From the NCBI GenBank assembly GCA_963743305.1, contig CAVUPH010000028.1, positions 22,643 through 86,642 of the forward strand: a DNA stretch of 64,000 bases, in the 5' to 3' direction. This stretch comes from an uncultured delta proteobacterium (lineage in GTDB: Bacteria > Desulfobacterota > RBG-13-43-22). A program made the position numbers and the translations under genes. Numbering within the stretch: position 1 is the stretch's first letter; each line of letters opens with the position of its first letter. Shown piece after piece: positions 39,765-49,978 of this stretch. Under the pieces are notes generated by a model. It was not told the origin of the DNA. It saw only the letters and a program-made list of their open reading frames with translations, and did no database searches.

Positions 39765-40889
39765 CTAAATCAATGATTTTTCAGGGCCAACCTTGGGTCG
39801 GCTCGATCCGCCATCTATTCTTCCCACGGCCGGCGTGGGACCCGTCTTGTAGGTCCGGGCGGTCTGTTCGATAGCCCGCATGTTTTCTTCCTTGATGTCC
39901 GGCCAGAGATCGCAGCCCGGCCAGACGGCGTCCACCAGACCGTCGATATTGGTTTTGATCCCTGCAATCGCCATCTCCACCGTAGTCTCCTCGGCGCAAG
40001 GCAGCTTAAAGACGTCAAAGTTGCCGACAATCAGGGCTTCGTTGCCCAGCTTTTTCCGGGACTCCAGAAGATTGTTTTTGATATCCACGCTGACTGCCTG
40101 GGCCCCGGAGTCCTTGACGATCTCCCACATCATCTCGATCAACGGATCGGTCGATCCGCAGATATGCAGCACCTTGGGCGCGTTCCAGGCCTTTAGAATC
40201 CGAGTCAACCGGGGTTTGATCATTTCCCGGAAGGTCTTGGGGCTCAACAGGTCGGCGGCTACCCCGGGTTCCCTCAGGGTGATGTAATCCGCCCCGGCGG
40301 CCAGCAGGGCCTTCCCGTTGTTGGCGATCATCTCGGTAAACTGGTCGAGGATAGCTTCTACTTTGGCCTTTTCTTTGAAGACCCCCTTAAGGACCTTATC
40401 CAGTTCGATGGTCTGGCCGCATTGGGTAAAGGGGCCCAACTGCCAGGCGCCGAGGGCCAGTTCCGGGGCCTCTTTTTTCACGATCTTTATGGCTTCGGGG
40501 ATGAGATTCATGGGGTAGCGATCCATAAGGTGATCGATATCGTTCCGGGTAATCTTGACGTCATCCATCGTCACCCACTTTTTGGTGGGGATCGTGGGAT
40601 AAAGGGTATCCTCGGAATCCGCATACAGGCTGATCTCGTTCCCCAAGGCTTCTGATTCCCAGCACATATCATAGGGAATAACGACGGAATCCAATTTGAA
40701 CATGCGGGCCGACTCGATGCCCGACCAGGCCAACTTCTCGGCATCGCGATGAACGGACGGAAATTTTATTCCCAGTTTCTTGATGGCCGGGCGAAGCACC
40801 ATGCCCATGCCGGTGAAGAAAGGCATCACATCCACCGGTTCTCTTTTAAAAAACTTCATGACACGATCATAAGGGGTTAGTTGCGCCAT
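39765..40889 (-). CDS. MtaA/CmuA (URO-D fold) corrinoid methyltransferase
   Basis: DMCWESEALG, GPFT, Zn ligands LHICG and WPGCD. Confidence 0.88.
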   Translation of the reverse strand: MAQLTPYDRVMKFFKREPVDVMPFFTGMGMVLRPAIKKLGIKFPSVHRDAEKLAWSGIESARMFKLDSVVIPYDMCWESEALGNEISLYADSEDTLYPTIPTKKWVTMDDVKITRNDIDHLMDRYPMNLIPEAIKIVKKEAPELALGAWQLGPFTQCGQTIELDKVLKGVFKEKAKVEAILDQFTEMIANNGKALLAAGADYITLREPGVAADLLSPKTFREMIKPRLTRILKAWNAPKVLHICGSTDPLIEMMWEIVKDSGAQAVSVDIKNNLLESRKKLGNEALIVGNFDVFKLPCAEETTVEMAIAGIKTNIDGLVDAVWPGCDLWPDIKEENMRAIEQTARTYKTGPTPAVGRIDGGSSRPKVGPEKSLI

Positions 40890-40923
40890 TCGTATCTTCT
40901 CCTTTCCAAAAGCTTAAGTTAAT

Positions 40924-42885
40924 TTAGACGCTCAGAGTCACCACCCGGTAGCAGCGCAGGCAGCGTTCCGCCTCGGCAACCGCCGCTGCGGGGGAATAAC
41001 CCTGTTCCACTTCCATGAAATTCCGGTTCCGTTCCTCCGGGAGCAGCTTCGTCAGCGGGATCCGCTCCTGTTTTTCGGGTACTCGGACCTCCTCCTGCGG
41101 ATCATAGACCCGAATGGTCTTAAAAAGGCTGTCAAAAAGATCATCCTGATCCGGCTCCAACGGCAGACCATTGATCAGGCGGTCAATACTCTCTGCGGCC
41201 TTTTTTCCGTTGGCCGCCGCCTCGATAACCGATCGGGGTCCGTTGACCGCGTCCCCCCCGGCAAAGATGTTCGGATCATCGGTCTGCAGGGTATACGGGT
41301 TTACCTTGACCGTTCCCCAGTCGGAGAGGGTGCATTGGCAATCGGGCCCCAGGCAGGCCCAGTCGGATTCCTGTCCCAAGGCCGGGATTACCCCATCGAC
41401 TTCCAGGATAAATTCCGACCCGGCCACCGGGACCGGACGTCTGCGGCCGGAGGCATCCGGTTCACCCAGGGTCATCTGCAGACATTCCACCGCCGTTACT
41501 TTCCCCTGCACCCCGATGAGGCGTTGGGGGTTCACCAGGGTCTGGAGCTCAATGCCCTCCGCCAGACAGTCGGCGATCTCTTCAGCGTGGGCCGGCATCT
41601 CCTCCCGGCCTCGGCGGTATAGGATCAAGACCTTTTCGACCCCTAGACGTTTGGCCGTTCGGACGGCATCGATGGCCACGTTGCCGCCGCCAATCACAGC
41701 CACCCGCTTTCCCAGCTTGATCGATTTACCCAGTTTGACATCCCGCAGGAAATCCACCCCGGGATACACCCCCTCGAGGTCTTCTCCTTCAATGCCCAAC
41801 GTCTTGCATTCCTGGGCCCCGATGGAAAGAAAGAAGGCCTGGAAGCCTTCTTCCCGGAGTCGTCCGATGGTGTTTTCGGAGCCAATACTCATCCCCGACC
41901 GGAGTTCCACTCCCAGGTCGATAATGGATTTAATCTCCCCTTCGCGTACCAGGGACGGCAAACGATAGTCCGGGATGCCCAGAGCCAGCATGCCGCCGTT
42001 TAAGGTCTGTTTTTCAATAATGGTGACCCGATGCCCCTTCAAGGCCAGATGGTAGGCACAGGTCAGACCCGCCGGACCGGCCCCGATAACCGCTACTTTC
42101 CCGGTGTTGGCCGAAGGCCTAACCTGAACTTCCGGCCATTGGTTTTTGGCCGCCGCCTGGTCGGCGGCAAACCGTTTCAGAGACCGGATGGCAATGGGTT
42201 GATCCGCATTGGCCCGCCGGCAGTTTTCCTCGCAGGGGTGATAGCAAACCCGTCCCACGATGCCCGGCAGGGGCAATCGTTCCCGGATCACGGCCAGGGA
42301 ATCGTCAAATTTGGCATTTTTTATCGCTTCCACGTACTTGGGTACATCCAGATGGATCGGGCAGGCATCCATGCAGGGAGCGTTAACCTTGGACAAATAG
42401 CTGCCGGACGGGCCGCCTGATCCCCCCTGGTTTTTCTTCTTCAATTCGTCCAGAAAATAGCGGGCCAGATGCAGGGCCGGGTTCGGGCCCATCTTGCCGA
42501 TGTTGCATTTCGAGGATTCGATGACGGCCTTCCCGGAATTTTCAAAAAATTCGAGGTCCTCGTCGGTAGCCTCCCCGTGGTAAACATCTTTCAGGACATC
42601 GAGCATCTCAGCATAACCGGTTGTACAATAATTGCATTTGTTGCAAGCGCTGGAAACCTTATGTACCTCCTCGAGGTAGGCCTTGACCAAGTCAACGACA
42701 TCCACCTCCGGGTCGCGGATCAGGATGCCGTCCCATCCGGCCAGTGCTCTGATTCTTTGGCCGGGTCTAAAGAATTCGGGCAGTTCGGCCTTTTCCACGG
42801 CTTCAAAAGACGCGGCCTCCCGACCACGATTGTCTACCACCTGTCCCCCCCAGGAACTGAATATGATATCCCTCATAACCTCCAT
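40924..42885 (-). CDS. FeS-flavoprotein, GltD/NfnB-like NAD(P)H oxidoreductase with NuoF-like N-terminal 4Fe-4S domain
   Basis: SACNKCNYC...SKCNIG, APCMDACP, GRVCYHPCEENC, GAGPAG, GGGNVAID, YRR, FAGGD, EAERCLRC. Confidence 0.88.
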   Translation of the reverse strand: MEVMRDIIFSSWGGQVVDNRGREAASFEAVEKAELPEFFRPGQRIRALAGWDGILIRDPEVDVVDLVKAYLEEVHKVSSACNKCNYCTTGYAEMLDVLKDVYHGEATDEDLEFFENSGKAVIESSKCNIGKMGPNPALHLARYFLDELKKKNQGGSGGPSGSYLSKVNAPCMDACPIHLDVPKYVEAIKNAKFDDSLAVIRERLPLPGIVGRVCYHPCEENCRRANADQPIAIRSLKRFAADQAAAKNQWPEVQVRPSANTGKVAVIGAGPAGLTCAYHLALKGHRVTIIEKQTLNGGMLALGIPDYRLPSLVREGEIKSIIDLGVELRSGMSIGSENTIGRLREEGFQAFFLSIGAQECKTLGIEGEDLEGVYPGVDFLRDVKLGKSIKLGKRVAVIGGGNVAIDAVRTAKRLGVEKVLILYRRGREEMPAHAEEIADCLAEGIELQTLVNPQRLIGVQGKVTAVECLQMTLGEPDASGRRRPVPVAGSEFILEVDGVIPALGQESDWACLGPDCQCTLSDWGTVKVNPYTLQTDDPNIFAGGDAVNGPRSVIEAAANGKKAAESIDRLINGLPLEPDQDDLFDSLFKTIRVYDPQEEVRVPEKQERIPLTKLLPEERNRNFMEVEQGYSPAAAVAEAERCLRCYRVVTLSV

Positions 42886-42959
42886 TCACTCCCGACTTTC
42901 GTTTCCTGCGGCTTTTATTTATGACTGGGCTTGTTGAAATAAATCGCCTTGGATGTAAC

Positions 42960-43949
42960 CTATCGTTCGACCTTTTTCAAGGCCGCCGCCTTATCCCAAC
43001 TGACGCTCAACTGATTGGCAAAATCGGGCCACAGTTTGAGCAACGGGTGATTGGGATCCGGAGGCAACTTCTTGGTTTCATCAAAAACGGTGGTGGCCAG
43101 AAAGGCGTCGGCCAGGGCCACGGCGGGCATTACCCGGGCGGCGCCGGCCATGGGACCCGTAAAGATCAGGTCGTTATAAAAGAAGGCCCCCAAAGACTCC
43201 ACGGCCGCGTCAATGCCGGCCCAGGCCTTGAAATCCCCCTTTTCCCGATACTTCTTCAGTTCCATATAAGAACCATTGCTGGGGGCACTGGCTCCCAGAT
43301 AACCCCACTTTTCTTTAATGAGTTTATTGGCCAAACCACACATGGCTGTGGCCGGGGCGTTCAAGACCGAAGTGTCAATAATGATGGTTTCGAATTTGGC
43401 CCCCACTTTTTCGATAGCGTCCAGCAGTTTCTGGGCTCCGGTAATGCGCCCGGTCGGCATCTGGTCCGCCATGTCAAAAGCCACCAGCAGGACATGTTTC
43501 ACCCCAATCCGGGCAATCTCCTTGATCTCGGTTTCAATGTTTTCTTCCCAGACGGTCAGGCTGTTGTAAAACATGCGGTCCAGCAGTCCTTTTTCGGCGC
43601 AATACGCCGCCCCGTCGATCTTGGTTTGCATGGTTATGGAGTCGATACAAAAAGGCATTTTGCTGTTAGCCACAACGAAATCGATGAATTTATTGAATTT
43701 TTCACCAGGGCTGGCCACGATGTCCGCCATGGCGGGAACACCCAACTCGGCGGTGTACCGGTCACATGTTTTTAACAGCTCGGCCGCTCGCTGTTCATTG
43801 AACCCCTTCCGCCGAGCCCCTTTATCAAAAATTTTATCGCTTTCCTGAAATATGGAAAAACAACAGACCGTGGGATAATCTCCCGGCTGTCCGCCGAAAG
43901 TCACCCCGCCGACAGTTGCGACCTTTTGCTCCTTAGCGAATCTGAACAT
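42960..43949 (-). CDS. MtrH/MtgA-like methylcorrinoid:tetrahydrofolate methyltransferase
   Basis: MFRFAKEQKV...FGGQPGDYPT, PFCIDS, FYNSL, IIDT, GASAPSN. Confidence 0.85.
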   Translation of the reverse strand: MFRFAKEQKVATVGGVTFGGQPGDYPTVCCFSIFQESDKIFDKGARRKGFNEQRAAELLKTCDRYTAELGVPAMADIVASPGEKFNKFIDFVVANSKMPFCIDSITMQTKIDGAAYCAEKGLLDRMFYNSLTVWEENIETEIKEIARIGVKHVLLVAFDMADQMPTGRITGAQKLLDAIEKVGAKFETIIIDTSVLNAPATAMCGLANKLIKEKWGYLGASAPSNGSYMELKKYREKGDFKAWAGIDAAVESLGAFFYNDLIFTGPMAGAARVMPAVALADAFLATTVFDETKKLPPDPNHPLLKLWPDFANQLSVSWDKAAALKKVER

Positions 43950-44027
43950 AAAACCCCCTTTTAATAAAAAGATCTAGGGGGGGGACGGCCCCCTGAGCGC
44001 CTATCCCCCCATCCCAGCTAAACGATT

Positions 44028-44417
44028 TCAATCCACCCGGGTATGTTGCCCCGACCCGGCCTTGGCCAGGTTTTCCTGGATCTTGTCGAACTCAAAGCCC
44101 ACTTCCCGCAAGGCCATGATGCGATCGGCCATAGCGGGGTTAGGCGCCCGCTTGGCCATCTCGTCGATCAATTCTTCGTACTGCGGGATGATGCTTTCAA
44201 AAACCAGATCACCCATGATGCAGATCGTGGGCAGAACCCGGCCTTTGAGCTCCAGAAACTTGCCGATCCCGGTCTTTGTTTTAATGGACCATTCGGAGTA
44301 TTCAATCATTTCCTGGACGTCCTTGGGCAATGCGGCGATGGATTCCATCATATACCCACAGGCGGCGCACTGCACACTGTCCAGGGTCAACACATCGATT
44401 TGAATTTTATCTGCCAT
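44028..44417 (-). CDS. Thioredoxin-fold protein (CAAC)
   Basis: SD AAGGAGG; MADKIQIDVLTLDSVQCAACGYMMES...LPTICIMGDLVFESIIP. Confidence 0.85.
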   Translation of the reverse strand: MADKIQIDVLTLDSVQCAACGYMMESIAALPKDVQEMIEYSEWSIKTKTGIGKFLELKGRVLPTICIMGDLVFESIIPQYEELIDEMAKRAPNPAMADRIMALREVGFEFDKIQENLAKAGSGQHTRVD

Positions 44418-44440
44418 TTTCGCCTCCTTCGGCCCTATCC

Positions 44441-45475
44441 CTACCACTTTTCAGGGTATTTGGCGTAGTATTGTTCAAACCAGGCCTTGGCTTCATACGC
44501 TTGATCCATGTGTTCCACCGGAACATCATAGGGCATGTCTCAGCCAGGGGCGAAGGTGAATCCGGTGGCCCCTCCAGAGGCCAGACTGACGATCGCATCT
44601 TCTCTCGGTGACAACAAGCCGAGGCTGAGGGCCAGGGTCAGCTTCAGGTTGCCGCCGAAGCCCACGCCATATTTCAGAGCCATGTCCCGGACCCAGAGGA
44701 GATTCAACTGTTCATCGATGGCAAATCCGTGGGTGCCTAGTTTACAGACCTCCTCCATGACCCGGGTACAGTCCCCGCAAATGAAGAAAGAAGAGGTCTT
44801 ATCGGCGTCATGGATAGCTTTGATGGCCGGTTGACAGTTGGGGGTGACAAATTCCCGAAAGGTTTCCGGTTTGATCTGGGAGGCCACCGGATCGACGATG
44901 GCGATGATGTCACAGCCCATCTCAGCGTAAAATTTGGCCGAAGCCGCCCCGACTTCACCGGCAAACTTGATGACTTCGTGGGCCTTGTCCTTATTTTTGT
45001 ACACGTCGGTAAAGATGCGGACCCCGGCCAAATGGGAAGCCAGGGTCAAGGGACCGCAAAGCAGGCCCATCATCACGCAATCCGCCTCATCCAGTTGCGG
45101 TTTGGCGAGTTTGGCGCCCTCAAAAATAACCGGCCAGCGGCCGGCCTCTTTGCCGGGGACTTTAAGCCCGGATTGGGCTAAGGTTTTGTCCGATAGCGGG
45201 TGGTTGGTGACGGAAGGCACGTTATCCGGCCACCATTTGAGGTCACAACCGACGGCGTTAGCTTCCACCGAAAGATCGAAGAGCAAGGGAACGCCGTCCG
45301 CGTGGTACCGCTTGGCAGCGGCGACCACCCCTTTGGCTAACAGTTGAGGATCTTTTAAGAATTTGTCCGCTGGTTCATTAATTAAAAAGGCTGAATGTAC
45401 CCCTGAATAAGGCACCCAGGGAACCGCTGCCGGTCTTTTTCCCCTGTACGCATCAATCAAATTCTGTTTGGACAT
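44441..45475 (-). CDS. URO-D/MtaA-fold methyltransferase, selenoprotein (344 aa)
   Basis: FDLSVEANAVG, GPLTLA, FFICGD, then FTFAPG-U(TGA 44542-44540)-DMPYDVPVEHM...EKW-TAG; matches family motif APGCD(I/M)P; hairpin 44511-44525. Confidence 0.88.
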
Positions 45476-45815
45476 TTGTTCCTCCTCTCAAAAAATGGTT
45501 TAGCCACGGATTAGAGCTGTTGACCGAATGGGTTGATTTTATTACTCCCTTGACACCTCCTTTCTTTCAGGAATGGTTTCCCGGCCTGACGACAATAAAT
45601 TAATTTATAAATCAATATCAATATGTTACAATATAGAAAGCTTTGGGTACGTATCGTCTGGCGACGTTTCCCGGGAAAGTGAATGTCGGGCTGGAAAGAT
45701 ATAAACACGAACGCTTGTGAACTCAGATACTAGATGAACCCGAGCGGGTCCGGTATCGACCAAAAGATGATTTTTTGATAATAAGGGGTGATTTTATCGA
45801 AGGAAAGGGATTGGA

Positions 45816-46478
45816 CTAACGGTCGGGCTCCACCAAACCTAAGGAAACTCCCAAATGGATTAACTGGGCCGTGCTGGTCACCTCCAGCTTTTCCATGATA
45901 TTACGGCGGTGGGTTTTCACGGTACTCAAGCTGACACAAAGCAAGCCGGAAATGGTCTTGGTAGGGTACCCTTCGGCAATCATCTGGAAGATCTCCCGCT
46001 CCCGGTTGGAGAGCTGGTTGAACCGTTCCTCCTTAGGGGAGCTTTTCCGCAAGGAAAGGTAACTGTCCACCAGGACTTTGGAGATGGAGGGGCTGAGAGA
46101 GGTCTCCCCCTTCATGGCCGCCTGAATAGCCTTGATAATATCCCGGCCACTCGATTCCTTCAACAAATAGCCGGATATTCCGGCCTCGAGCAACTCATGA
46201 ATATAGTGTTCATGGGAATACATGGAAAGGATCAGGATCTTGATTTTCGGAAGGTTCTTCCGGATCCTCCGGGCGGCCTCAATGCCGTTTAAAAGCGGCA
46301 TGGCAATATCCATGACCACTACATCCGGCAGGAGGGCCATGGCCTTCTCGATGGCCATCCGCCCGTCATAGGCCTCGCCGACCACCTTGAAATCCGGCTG
46401 GTCTTCCAGCAGGCGGGCCAACCCCTGCCTGACGATGGTGTGATCGTCGACGATCAGGATCCTAATGGGCGATTCCAT
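45816..46478 (-). CDS. NarL/FixJ-family response regulator (REC + LuxR HTH)
   Basis: ILIVDDH, DVVVMDIAMP, GYLLK, LSNREREI...TVKTHRRNIMEKL. Confidence 0.95.
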   Translation of the reverse strand: MESPIRILIVDDHTIVRQGLARLLEDQPDFKVVGEAYDGRMAIEKAMALLPDVVVMDIAMPLLNGIEAARRIRKNLPKIKILILSMYSHEHYIHELLEAGISGYLLKESSGRDIIKAIQAAMKGETSLSPSISKVLVDSYLSLRKSSPKEERFNQLSNREREIFQMIAEGYPTKTISGLLCVSLSTVKTHRRNIMEKLEVTSTAQLIHLGVSLGLVEPDR

Positions 46479-48700
46479 GGGACTCCGGCAAGGGAATTTC
46501 TATGCGAATCCGGGTCCCCTCACCCGGTCGGCTTTTAATCTGAAAATTGCCTTCCAGTAAAGAAGTCCGTTCCCGCATACCCAGCAGGCCCAGGCTCCGC
46601 TTGCTTTTTCCGCTGATCTGGCCATCAAACCCAATCCCATCATCTTCGGCCAAAAAAATGATCTTCGGGTAGCTTTTAATGATGGAAAGTTGAAAATTCT
46701 TGGCCTGCCCGTGGTTTAAGGTGTTGGTCAGGGCCTCCTGGCTGAAACGGTAAAGCACGGTTTCCAGGTCCGGGTCCAAGCGGCGATCAAAACCGACCAT
46801 GCGGAAGTCGATATTCAATTTGGAATGAACGGCCACTTCTTTTAAGTAGAGGTCCAGTGCCGGTCTTAACCCCAGGTCGCTCAACAGGGTCGGATGCAGC
46901 CGATACGAAAGCCGCCGGATCTCCGAAGAAGTCCGGACCAGCATTTTACGAATCTCGGAAATCTCATTTTTTAATTTTCCGTTTTCTTCCGGGGCGGCCT
47001 CCTCCAGCCGATCCAGACCCAGTTTGACCGCCGTCAGGGCCTGACCGGCTTCGTCGTGAAGCTCTCGGGCGATGCGACGGCGTTCTTCTTCCTGGCTTTG
47101 GAACAGTTTTTCCGTCAGCCGGCGCAGTTCCTGGCGGTGTCGGCGGATGGTCTTCATTAACTGAATATTTTCCAACCCGCCTCCCAGAAAATTGCATAAG
47201 GAGCCCAAAAGATGGCTTTCCGGGGGGCTGAGTTCCCTGCCCCGGGGCAGATACAGTCCAAAAAAGCCCTGGCTCTCCCCTTTGGCCGTAATCAGAAAAC
47301 AGGACAGCCAGGGTACTTTTTCGCCGCTTTCCGCTGGATACGTGGCCTGAAAAGTCGGAAAGGCCGGTTTCGGGGTCAGCTTGACCGTGCTCTCCAGAAG
47401 GCTTTGTTTCAACAACTCATCTTTAAAATGCACGCCAATAGAAAAATTCGGATCTTGGGGGGGCAGCCCCTGGCGATTCTGAAGCAGGAATCTTTTCTTT
47501 TCCCGGTCGATAAAAAAAACCCCCCCTTTTTTCAGCCGCAGCGCCCGGAGAATACTGGTGAGGGTCTCATCGAGGATTCGGTTCAAGTCCATAGTCTTAT
47601 TCAGGATCACGGCGGTTTTATTGAGAAGGAAGAGTTCCATGTTGCGTTTACGTAAGGCTTCCTCCGCCTTTTTACGCTGGGTGATGTCCTTGATGATCCC
47701 CTCGAATTCCACGTCCCCCGAGTCGGAATTGATATAACGACGGCTGGAGATCAGCACATGCATAGGAGATCCGTCCTGTTTTTTGAAGTCGATTTCGAAA
47801 TCCTTGACATTACCGTATTGGTTGATCAACTGCAGGAACTTTTCCCGATCTTCCACCCGACGGTATAACCCTCTGGCCGATCCCAGCGACAATAAAGCCC
47901 TTTTGTCGGGATAGCCCAACATCTCGACCCCGGCCTGGTTGACATCCTTGATGGTGCCTTCCAGATTGGTGACATAGATCATATCATGGGAGCCTTCAAA
48001 GATACGGCGGTATTTCTTTTCCCGTTGGACGATCTCCTCCTGTAGGCGCTTCTGTTCGGTAATATCCTTGAAGATTTCAATCCCCCCGGTGATCTGTCCT
48101 TCGTCATCCAAAAACACCGAAGTGGAGCAGATGATGGGGACTTTCTTTCCCTCGATGTTGGTGATAGTGTATTCCCGGTTGTTGATATTGGTTCCCATCT
48201 TTACCGCCTGTTTCAAAGCGCAGTCCACTTCGCAAATATGGTTCTTAAAAACATCCTTGCAGTACATGCCTAAGGCGTCGTAGGCTGAGAACCCGGTGAT
48301 TTCCTCCGCCGCCGGGTTGAAGTAAGTGATGCGAAATTCTCGGTCGGTGGTGAACAACCCATCGGGAATCCGGTTCAGAATTTCTATAAAGCTGCCTTCC
48401 TTCTGGTAAATCTGTTCAATGGCCTTGACATTGTAGAGCCTGAGCTGTTCCGCAAAGAAAACATTCCAACCCTGGGGATGCTGTTCGCCTCGCTTCAAGA
48501 AATAGGGACAGGTCAGACAGTGGGCTAATTTTTCAAAATAATCTTCCCCGGTTGAACCGGAGCATTGGGTGTGGGGGACGAGCCAACAAACGGTCTGTTT
48601 TTTGGCGAAAGCCGGACAGAGGACCTTGTTGCAGGATAAAAATTCCCAGCAGCCGGCAGCTTGAACGGGCAGGAGACTAACGATTCCCTTGGTCGTTTTT
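46462..48700 (-). CDS. Sensor histidine kinase: Cys/Trp-rich domain, 2 PAS, GAF-like, HisKA_3, HATPase (likely continuous with upstream V4R ORF)
   Basis: CWEFLSC...CPAF...CWLV...CLTCPYF; FNPAAEEITG; EERRRIARELHDEAGQAL; EDDGIGF; GLLGMRER; no convincing own start codon. Confidence 0.88.
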
Positions 48701-49288
48701 TTGGGCCAAGAACTCACAGTAGGGATCCCCCATGGCGCGGCAACCGACTTCCCGGGCCTGGAAGCAGAAACAGCCGTCCGGATAGTCTTCGCCATACAGC
48801 AGGTCCATGAAAGCGGCGGCCACTCCCTGAAGCATATAGCATTTCCCGGTTTTGGATTGGCCGTAATCTTGAAGATACCCGGTGGCTTCATAAGAATCCC
48901 GGACCTGAAGGCGCAAAGACTGTCCGGGCTCGATGGCCATAACCTCCAGGGCACCCCAGCCGAAGGCCTCGGCCATGGCCGTAAAACCCAGGATCTGATC
49001 TTCCGGCTTCTCGATCATCGGCTGCACCAGTTGCTGCCATTCCCAGGAATTTCGGATTCCATGAAAGGTGGCGTAGCCACATTCCTGGGCCGCCGCGATC
49101 AGCAGGGCGGCCGGTTCCGGGCCCCGATCTTCTCCCAGTCGTTTTTCAAATTCAAAGGATAGGCGATTGTAATAGCGGACAAAAAAAAGGGAGAGGTACA
49201 CTCCAAAAATGGGGATTATCCCCTTGGACTCCCGAATCCGGCTTCCTTCCATCACCGCCTGAATTATTTTATAGCCGTCGATAGGCAA
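48677..49288 (-). CDS. V4R-domain protein (probable N-terminus of the kinase)
   Basis: FGWGAL, DSYEA, CYMLQGVAAA, EVGCRAMGDPYCEF. Confidence 0.8.
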   Translation of the reverse strand: MPIDGYKIIQAVMEGSRIRESKGIIPIFGVYLSLFFVRYYNRLSFEFEKRLGEDRGPEPAALLIAAAQECGYATFHGIRNSWEWQQLVQPMIEKPEDQILGFTAMAEAFGWGALEVMAIEPGQSLRLQVRDSYEATGYLQDYGQSKTGKCYMLQGVAAAFMDLLYGEDYPDGCFCFQAREVGCRAMGDPYCEFLAQKNDQGNR

Positions 49289-49327
49289 TTATTGGATAAC
49301 CTCGCCAAGGGACCTTTGGCTAGTCCG

Positions 49328-49852
49328 TCATGATTTCTTCCGGACCACAAAAAGACATTGGGGATGGCCCATTATTTTACAAGCCTCCTCCTCCACCTGG
49401 TAATGACCCAGGGAACGGTTGTAGATCATGGCCATAACCCCGGCGATCCAGCCCCGGGTAAAGTGACAGCCCGGGTGCTCGCGGCGGCCGTGCTTGGCCA
49501 GCCAGCCGATAACGTGATGGCTGGAGATCCCGATAATCCGTCCCCCCCTACTGCTCATCTTTTGAAAATGGATAATGCCCAACCCGCAATTCTGGTACAG
49601 GGTGGCCATAAGTTCCAACTTGGATTTGATCGTCCGTATCCGATCGAACTGTTTGAGCATAGCCTGGAACCCATGGAAGGCGGCTTCTTCGGCAGACTGA
49701 ACAATTAAATCAATCCCCTCCTGCCCCATATGGTCTTCCAACATCTTGTGCAGGTTGATGTTGTAGTGGTGGCAATGCATGGCGATGTGCAGCCCGGAAA
49801 GGGTAATCCGGGATCCATCGCGGGCCAGTTCGTTTCGCCAGTCTATGATCAT
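49328..49852 (-). CDS. Stand-alone V4R-domain protein
   Basis: HCHHYN, CGLG, CHFTRGWIAG, EEACKIMGHPQCLF. Confidence 0.8.
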   Translation of the reverse strand: MIIDWRNELARDGSRITLSGLHIAMHCHHYNINLHKMLEDHMGQEGIDLIVQSAEEAAFHGFQAMLKQFDRIRTIKSKLELMATLYQNCGLGIIHFQKMSSRGGRIIGISSHHVIGWLAKHGRREHPGCHFTRGWIAGVMAMIYNRSLGHYQVEEEACKIMGHPQCLFVVRKKS

Positions 49853-49978
49853 TGGGTTTATTTCGTTGGTTGGATTTATTTCGTTTATTTCGTTGGATTG
49901 GGTTATCCGGGTCTAAAAAAGAGCCATCCACCCGCGGAACCAAACAAACCAAATCAACGAAAAAAACGAGATTCTCGT

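Noticed and set aside
24082-45475. Genome-wide UGA reassignment (code 4 or 25)
   Set aside because: Trp is encoded by TGG, many genes end properly at TGA, and read-through sites are limited to Cys-equivalent positions
39034-45475. Methanogen Mtr/Mta system or hgcAB mercury methylation genes
   Set aside because: No other mtr subunits, mtaB or mcr; no HgcA cap-helix motif N(V/I)WCA(A/G)GK; context is bacterial
45476-45815. Cobalamin riboswitch upstream of the corrinoid cluster
   Set aside because: No recognisable B12 box or complete conserved core seen
49853-49970. CRISPR array or other functional tandem repeat
   Set aside because: Only short degenerate TTTATTTCG-type repeats with an imperfect inverse; no constant repeat-spacer period and no cas genes in the window
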